In this document: in pieces, positions 58,290 to 64,000 of the stretch | How the letters are laid out: each line of letters starts with the position of its first letter | Numbering within the stretch: the first letter of the stretch is position 1 | From: Bryobacterales bacterium | GTDB taxonomy: Bacteria; Acidobacteriota; Terriglobia; Bryobacterales; UBA6623 | Assembly: GCA_965207035.1 (NCBI GenBank) | Contig: OZ242259.1 | Coordinates: forward strand, 3,769,454-3,833,453 | DNA length: 64,000 nt | Reading direction: 5' to 3' | Translations under genes and position numbers: made by a program | The notes under the pieces: generated by a model | Databases searched by the model: none | What the model saw: the letters and a program-made list of their open reading frames with translations, nothing else | Told to the model about the DNA's origin: nothing

Positions 58290-58813
58290 CAGTCCCGCCT
58301 CCAGCGATCAAGTACAGGATAGATCACCAGCGCCAGACCGGCATGCACGCCCGCCAGGGCGGACCATGCCCCGAGCTCCCATTGCGCGGGCTGACCCAGA
58401 AGAAAATCGCCGCGAATCGCGAACAGAATCAGTTCGTGCAGCCAGTACGCCAGCGCCACGAATATGCCCGTCACCATGGCGAATTCCAGCTTGAAGAACT
58501 GACCGGCTGTCGCGCCCAGATACGCCAGCGCGACGTAGACCAGCCCGTAGACGCCAACCGGGCCATGGGTCGAGCCGTCTTGAGCCCACCCGATCATCAG
58601 GCAAGCCACCATTCCCGGAATCACCTGCCGGTACGCGAGCACGAGGTAGAACGCCGCCAGGAACGGGAGGTTCAGCGCGCTCAGCATGGGCACCAATGTC
58701 GGAAGGAAGACCTGGAGACCCAAGGCCACCACCGCCAATCCGAACGCGAACCAAGGAGAGATGCCCCGCCGTCTGGCGAATTCTAGGGTCTTCGCTAAGC
58801 TGGGGGCGGACAT
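58289..58813 (-). CDS. mreD: Rod shape-determining protein MreD
   Basis: 174 aa, 5 hydrophobic segments, in the canonical position after mreC. Confidence 0.8.
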   Translation of the reverse strand: MSAPSLAKTLEFARRRGISPWFAFGLAVVALGLQVFLPTLVPMLSALNLPFLAAFYLVLAYRQVIPGMVACLMIGWAQDGSTHGPVGVYGLVYVALAYLGATAGQFFKLEFAMVTGIFVALAYWLHELILFAIRGDFLLGQPAQWELGAWSALAGVHAGLALVIYPVLDRWRRD

Positions 58814-58815
58814 CG

Positions 58816-59874
58816 TTACGGCGAATCTCGGCCGCCTCCCCGGGACGCCCGCAAAGGATCAGCGGCATCCGAGAAGTCCGGAGGCCCGGTCCCACTTAGC
58901 AGGCCCACGCTGCGGCCTTGGGATTCGACCGTCCTGCGGTACGCCTGCTTAATCCGGTCGGCATCGGTCTCCGTCATAACCCTCCCGACACGGGGAGAAC
59001 TGCCGGAATCCGGCTGATCGGTGCTCTGCATGCGGGTCAGGATTTCTTCCGGGAGGGCCTCGTGATCCCCTTCGATCACGACTAAGACATCTTGCAGGCG
59101 ATCGAGCGGGGCAAACGGATTCACTGCTATCGCCTGCATCTCGACCCCCGGCCCGACGACAGTCACCCGACCGACCGGCAAGCCGCCCGGAAACACTCCG
59201 TCCAGGCCGGAGGTATAGACGGCCTCTCCCACCTGGACGCTCACCTGCGGGCCGATGTAGTCGACACGGCACTCCGCGTAGCCGGTTCCCCGGAGGACTC
59301 CCGACTCCCCGCTACGCTCCAGAACCACGCCGACGCCAGCCTCCGAGTCGCTGATCAGCAAAACCATGCTTGCTCTGCCATGGACGGCCTGGACCTTACC
59401 CACGATGCCGTCCGGGGTGATCACTGCCAAGCCAGTCCGGACACCGTCGCGGCTACCCACGTCCAGCACCAATTCCTGGGTGGAACGGCTCGGGCCGCGA
59501 GCGATGACGCGAGCGGCGAGGGTTCGCGAGGCGATGCTCTGGCTGTAGGCATCCACGTCGGTGCGGCTCTGGAAGCGCAACAGCTTCTGCCGCAGGAAAT
59601 GATTCTCGATCCGGAGCCGCGACGCTTCCGAATCGAGTCGCTGGTTTTCCTCGCGCACGTCGACCAGCCAGACGTAACGGCTCCACGAGGAGGACACGGC
59701 GCGGACCGTCGTCTGCACCGCTGCCTGAACGGGCTGCAGGAGGGTGCTGCTCCAGTACCGGAATCGGCTTGTGCCGGAGCTAGTGCGGACCTGGCTTGCG
59801 ATGGCGACGACCTGGCCGACCACGAGGATCGCCAGAAGAATCCCGCTCAGGTTGCGCGTGATCAGTGATTGCAC
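58816..59874 (-). CDS. mreC: Rod shape-determining protein MreC (with a ~80-aa C-terminal extension)
   Basis: N-terminal TM and coiled coil (ENQRL..E..RL..EN..LR), beta domains ..G..DGV....AVITPDGIVGKV..., and GGLPVG.V. Confidence 0.88.
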   Translation of the reverse strand: MQSLITRNLSGILLAILVVGQVVAIASQVRTSSGTSRFRYWSSTLLQPVQAAVQTTVRAVSSSWSRYVWLVDVREENQRLDSEASRLRIENHFLRQKLLRFQSRTDVDAYSQSIASRTLAARVIARGPSRSTQELVLDVGSRDGVRTGLAVITPDGIVGKVQAVHGRASMVLLISDSEAGVGVVLERSGESGVLRGTGYAECRVDYIGPQVSVQVGEAVYTSGLDGVFPGGLPVGRVTVVGPGVEMQAIAVNPFAPLDRLQDVLVVIEGDHEALPEEILTRMQSTDQPDSGSSPRVGRVMTETDADRIKQAYRRTVESQGRSVGLLSGTGPPDFSDAADPLRASRGGGRDSP

Positions 59875-59902
59875 TGTGTTCCGCCCTTCGCCTCCGTCGT
59901 TG

Positions 59903-60928
59903 CTAATCGATTGAAATCCTTCTGAGCAAATCGAAATCCCTCAACAGTCGACCGGTGCCGAGCACGACGCATTGAAGCGGGTTCTCTGCGATCGACACCG
60001 CCACTCCCGTCTCGTCGCGAATGCGCTGGTCGAGATTGCGCAGATATGCGCCGCCTCCGGTCACCACGATGCCAGCGTCACAAATATCCCCGCTGAGTTC
60101 CGGCGGGGTGTTCTCCAGCGCGTCGCGTATCGCAATCATGATCCGGTCGACACTGTCGGCAAGCGCCTCGCGAATCTCGCCATCAGAAATAGTTACGGCG
60201 CGGGGTACTCCTTGCGCTAGATTGCGGCCCTTGACTTCCATCGTCAGAGGCTTGTCGAGCTTGGTGGCAGACCCCAGCGCGATCTTGATTCTCTCCGCCG
60301 TGTGCTCGCCGATCATGAAATTGTGCTTGCGCTTCATGTGCTGGGTGATCGCATCGTCCATCGCGTTGCCCGCAGTCGGAACCGAGTGGGAATAGACAAT
60401 CCCGGACAAAGAAATCACCGCAATGTCGGTGGTACCGCCGCCGATGTCAACGACCATGCTGCCGGAGGGCTTGCTCACCGGCAGTCCGGCGCCGATCGCG
60501 GCCATCATTGCCTGCTCCACCAGGTGGACTTCGCTCGCATTGGCGCGCATCGCCGAATCGACGACCGCCCGCCGCTCAACATGCGTGATCTGGCTGGGCA
60601 CACCGATGATGATTCGCGGATGAACCATCATCCTGCGGTTGTGCGCCTTGTTGATGAAGTATGTCAGCATCCGCTCGGCAATCTTGAAGTCCGCGATGAC
60701 GCCATCCTTCATCGGGCGGATCGCGGTAATATTGCCGGGCGTGCGACCTAGCATCCGCTTGGCTTCTGATCCGATGGCCTCGACCTCGGATGTTTGGCTC
60801 TTGATCGCGACGATGGAGGGCTCGTTGACCACGACCCCCGTGTCGGCGATGTAGACAAGCGTGTTCGCGGTGCCCAGATCGATCGCAAGATCGTGGGAGA
60901 AAAGCGACAGAAGAGAACGGGCTGTCAT
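59903..60928 (-). CDS. mreB: Rod shape-determining protein MreB
   Basis: Contains DLAIDLGTANTLVY, VNEPS and DIGGGTTD (actin-fold phosphate motifs). 341 aa. Confidence 0.96.
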   Translation of the reverse strand: MTARSLLSLFSHDLAIDLGTANTLVYIADTGVVVNEPSIVAIKSQTSEVEAIGSEAKRMLGRTPGNITAIRPMKDGVIADFKIAERMLTYFINKAHNRRMMVHPRIIIGVPSQITHVERRAVVDSAMRANASEVHLVEQAMMAAIGAGLPVSKPSGSMVVDIGGGTTDIAVISLSGIVYSHSVPTAGNAMDDAITQHMKRKHNFMIGEHTAERIKIALGSATKLDKPLTMEVKGRNLAQGVPRAVTISDGEIREALADSVDRIMIAIRDALENTPPELSGDICDAGIVVTGGGAYLRNLDQRIRDETGVAVSIAENPLQCVVLGTGRLLRDFDLLRRISID

Positions 60929-61317
60929 CGTTGCGGGCCTATTGGCTCAAGGGCAGTCAGGCCCACGAGGACGCAGCCGCACCGGCCCGGAGAAGGAGCC
61001 AGCGCCTGGTACCGCCTTCTAATCGTTCGGGCCGACTCCGCTCGTGCACTGACGAGACCTAGCATCATGGTCAGTTGCCACGACAGTTTAGCACTTTTTT
61101 GGAGTAGCGAGCTAGGTTCTTGTGCGCAATGCACTTCTGACCGCCGGAATACCTTGAATCCAGATTCCGGCGCCGCCAGGCGGGGGCATTGGCGGAATTG
61201 CCGGACCTGCGGCGAGCACGGCGAGGGACGGGCTTGAATTCACGGCCGACGCGGGCCTACACTCGATTACTGGGTCGGGCCGGAACACCGGTCATCAACT
61301 CGTCGGAGGATTCCTGA

Positions 61318-62463
61318 ATGGACAAATTGCGCGTTGCAGTGATCGGAACGGGCTTCGTGGGTCGAGTGCACGTCGAAAACATCCGGCGGCAGAACGACGC
61401 GGAGGTGGTCGCGATCGCGGACCAGACGGCCGAGCTGGCCGCAACCTTCGGCAGAACACTCGGCATTCCGCGAACTGCCGGAGACTACCGCGAGCTGCTC
61501 GACGACTCGAGCATCGACGCCGTCCACATCTGCACGCCCAACAAGACCCATTTTCCGATCGCGCGCGACGCCCTCGACGCAGGCAAGAACGTGATCTGCG
61601 AGAAGCCGCTGGCGATGTCAGCGGCAGAAGCCGCCCGCCTGGTCGAGCTGGCGAACGCCAGGGACGTGGTCCATGCCACGAGCTACAACCTACGCTTCTA
61701 TCCGAACGTCGCCCAGATGCGCCGTATGGTCGCCACCGGCGCAATCGGCGACGTGCTGGCGGTGGACGGCAGCTACTCGCAGGACTGGCTGTTCTACGAC
61801 ACCGACTACAACTGGCGGCTCGAGCCTGAGGTCGGGGGCCCTTCGCGGGCAATGGCCGATATCGGGTCGCACTGGTGCGATTTGCTCGAGCACGTGACTG
61901 GAAGCCGCATCCGCGCGGTGTGCGCGGAACTCGCGACCTTCCATCCGATACGCAAGAAGCCGAAGAAGCCGATCGAGACCTACGCTGGCAAGATGCTCGC
62001 CCCGGAAGACTACGAGGACCGCCCGATCACCACCGAGGACTTCGGAGCGATCCTGCTGCGGTTCGACGGCCGCGCGCGGGGCGCTCTGACTGTGAACCAG
62101 GTAGCCGCGGGACGCAAGAACCGGCTCCTCATGGAGATCTACGGGAGCCGTTGCGGTCTGACCTGGGACGGCGAGAGACCGAACGAACTTTGGATCGGTC
62201 GCCGCGACGGCAACAACGAGTTGCTGGTCAAGGATCCGTCCCTGATGGAGCGGGAGGCATCGACGTTCGCAGACCTGCCGGGCGGCCACGCCGAGGGATA
62301 CGCCGACACGTTCAAGCAGTTCTTCCGCCGATTCTACGCCGCGTGCAGGGATCGCTCGCTGGCGGCAGGCCTGCCTGGATTCGAGGCGGGCCTCCGGCAG
62401 CTTCGGGTCGTCGAGGCCGTTCTGGAGAGCCACGCCAAGAGCGCTTGGGTAGACATCGACTAG
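61318..62463 (+). CDS. Gfo/Idh/MocA family oxidoreductase
   Basis: LRVAVIGTGFVGRVH (Rossmann), VHICTPN..H and EKPLA. Confidence 0.88.
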   Translation: MDKLRVAVIGTGFVGRVHVENIRRQNDAEVVAIADQTAELAATFGRTLGIPRTAGDYRELLDDSSIDAVHICTPNKTHFPIARDALDAGKNVICEKPLAMSAAEAARLVELANARDVVHATSYNLRFYPNVAQMRRMVATGAIGDVLAVDGSYSQDWLFYDTDYNWRLEPEVGGPSRAMADIGSHWCDLLEHVTGSRIRAVCAELATFHPIRKKPKKPIETYAGKMLAPEDYEDRPITTEDFGAILLRFDGRARGALTVNQVAAGRKNRLLMEIYGSRCGLTWDGERPNELWIGRRDGNNELLVKDPSLMEREASTFADLPGGHAEGYADTFKQFFRRFYAACRDRSLAAGLPGFEAGLRQLRVVEAVLESHAKSAWVDID

Positions 62464-62605
62464 CAGCGTCCAAGAGCTGCCGGCTGGCACTCGGCGAGCC
62501 GGGGAACGGTATCCGCCCAATTCCTTTGCGAAGGATTCCCGGCGCCAGCTGCCTCGTGGGTCAGCCGTTCCACTTGAGCGACACGGACTGACAACCGACC
62601 CTATA

Positions 62606-63466
62606 ATGACCGTCATGCTTGGATTGGAACCGCTGCAAGTCGGTCTCATGTTCTGGACGGGCGGTGACCTGGGCGTCGAGGCTCCGCCCGCCGAGATCGC
62701 CACTTCCGTGAGTTCTCTCGGAGTGTCGTGCGGCCAGCTCGGCGTACATGGCGAATGCCCGCTGGACGACGCCACTGCCAATCGCTGGAAGGCCGTGCTG
62801 GACGAACACGGCCTGACCGTCGTCACGGTCGTGATGTGCTTCAGCGGCGAGGACTACGCGAGCATTCCGATCTGCGCCCAGACCGTGGGCTACGTGCCGC
62901 CATCAACGCGCCACGAGCGCGAGATCCGAACCTACGCGGTTTCCGATTTCGCACGGACTCTGGGTGTGCCCGGCCTCGCGGCGCACATCGGCTTCGTCCC
63001 TGCCGATCCGTTGGACGCGGAGTATGCGGCGATGGTGGCGCTCATGCGTCGAATCTGCGATCACTGCCAGACGAACGGCCAGACGTTTGCGATGGAGACC
63101 GGCCAAGAATCGCCCCAGGAGATGCTGGATTTCATCGCCGCCGTCAACCGTCCCAACCTGCGGGTGAATTTTGATCCCGCCAACATGGTTCTGTACGGGT
63201 CCGGAGCGCCGTTGGAAGCGCTTGACGCACTCAGGGACCACGTCCTGACTGTGCATTGCAAGGACGGCACGTGGCCCGAGGTTGCGGGCGAGTGGGGCCG
63301 CGAGACTCCCCTTGGCGACGGGGATGTCGGCATGGACCAGTTCGTCGCCAAGCTGCGAGAGATCGGCTACACCGGGCCACTGACAATTGAGCGCGAAATC
63401 GTGGGGGAGGAACAGCGCGCGGACATCCGTCGCGCCATCGACCTGCTCACTGCCCTGCGCGGCTGA
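62606..63466 (+). CDS. Sugar phosphate isomerase/epimerase (xylose isomerase-like TIM barrel)
   Basis: Contains FAMETGQE, NFDPANM, HCKD and IEREI. Alternative start ATG 62615. Confidence 0.8.
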   Translation: MTVMLGLEPLQVGLMFWTGGDLGVEAPPAEIATSVSSLGVSCGQLGVHGECPLDDATANRWKAVLDEHGLTVVTVVMCFSGEDYASIPICAQTVGYVPPSTRHEREIRTYAVSDFARTLGVPGLAAHIGFVPADPLDAEYAAMVALMRRICDHCQTNGQTFAMETGQESPQEMLDFIAAVNRPNLRVNFDPANMVLYGSGAPLEALDALRDHVLTVHCKDGTWPEVAGEWGRETPLGDGDVGMDQFVAKLREIGYTGPLTIEREIVGEEQRADIRRAIDLLTALRG

Positions 63467-63542
63467 ACCTCGGAAGCGCTCGCCCACCTCCCATAGGCGC
63501 AACACGCAAGCGCCCGAAGCCTGCATGGTCTACAGTTGAATC

Positions 63543-64000
63543 GTGCGTCGCTTGATTGCAGTCGCAGCGCTGCTCTGCGGGACCGGCGTGCTGCAGGCGG
63601 ACGCCCTCAGGAACGCCGCCGAAGCGCTAGAGAGAAATGACTTCGCCGCAGCCATTCCCCACCTCGAAACCGCGATTGAGGAGGACCCCGGAAACGTCAA
63701 CGCCCGTTTCAACCTGGCGTATGCCTGCCAGGCGACAGGAGCTGAAGAGGCCGCGATCGGGCACTATCGGTTGATTGCCGAGGAACAGCCGGACTTGATC
63801 CCGGCCAGGCACAATCTCGCCACATTACTGATGGGCGCGGGCGAGTTCGCCGAAGCGGCCGCCGAGTACAGCGCCGTCGCAGCGGCCCGTCCCGACGATC
63901 CCGACCCCCGCTCGCTGGCCGCCGAAGCATGGCGCATGGCACGGGACTGGGAGGCCGCCAGCGAGGCCTACCGGCGGATTCTCGAACGGGACGGAGTGTC
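63543..64000 (+). CDS. Secreted TPR-repeat protein, N-terminal part (runs off the right edge; not in the supplied ORF track)
   Basis: Hand translation from GTG 63543 gives VRRLIAVAALLCGTGVLQADALRNAAEALERNDFAAAIPHLETAIEEDPGNVNARFNLAYACQATGAEEAAIGHYRLIAEEQPDLIPARHNLATLLMGAGEFAEAAAEYSAVAAARPDDP... This is a signal peptide followed by 34-aa TPR-like units. It remains open to position 64000. Confidence 0.7.
   Translation, partial: MRRLIAVAALLCGTGVLQADALRNAAEALERNDFAAAIPHLETAIEEDPGNVNARFNLAYACQATGAEEAAIGHYRLIAEEQPDLIPARHNLATLLMGAGEFAEAAAEYSAVAAARPDDPDPRSLAAEAWRMARDWEAASEAYRRILERDGV

Noticed and set aside
60929-61317. Promoter motifs upstream of mreB: an extended -10-like TGCTAAACT on the minus strand at 61085-61093, and a sigma54-like TGGCAA.
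   Set aside because: There is no matching -35 or -12 element and the support is only a single hexamer. That is too weak to list as a feature.

Overview
High-GC (roughly 65% by eye) and densely coding bacterial chromosome segment. The gene content (futalosine menaquinone pathway, HemQ/ChdC, H+-PPase, DUF4159, TatT, secreted sulfatases and glycosidases) suggests an Acidobacteriota-like organism, but that is inference only. Positions 1-9.4 kb are accessory. They carry a complete type I-E CRISPR-Cas gene set on the minus strand: cas3, then a decayed IS21-family element, then cse1/cas8e, cse2, cas7e, cas5e, cas6e and the 5' end of cas1. All adjacent cas genes overlap by 4-8 nt. cas2 and the CRISPR array must lie beyond the left edge, and I found no array in the window. 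On the right the locus is bounded by a ~0.7 kb lower-GC spacer (53-54% GC in two hand-counted 100-nt blocks) that holds a tyrosine-recombinase C-terminal relic. The other ~55 kb is mostly core: mqnA-mqnC, tex-rnhB, metK-ahcY, tadA, hppA, hemQ, pepA, ribF and mreBCD-mrdA-rodA-rng. It also carries a secreted glycan-scavenging set (sialidase, fucosidase, two Cys-type sulfatases, LacD-type aldolase) and an orphan TatT plus DctP pair. That pair is split by an intact IS5/IS1182-like element with perfect 15-bp terminal inverted repeats and a 4-bp target duplication. I found no convincing multi-gene novel system. The items most worth a second look are: the RNase E/G homolog with a ~329-aa disordered insertion inside its S1 domain, the P-loop kinase::dCMP-deaminase fusion, the IS21 relic sitting in the cas3-cse1 promoter position, a stand-alone ~200-aa ABC-type ATPase, an SBP-like/YVTN-propeller/di-heme peroxidase trio without a dehydrogenase, and the unclassified metK-ahcY leader. 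No rRNA or tRNA gene was recognised. All calls rest on reading the ORF translations and hand translation, and no database search was run.
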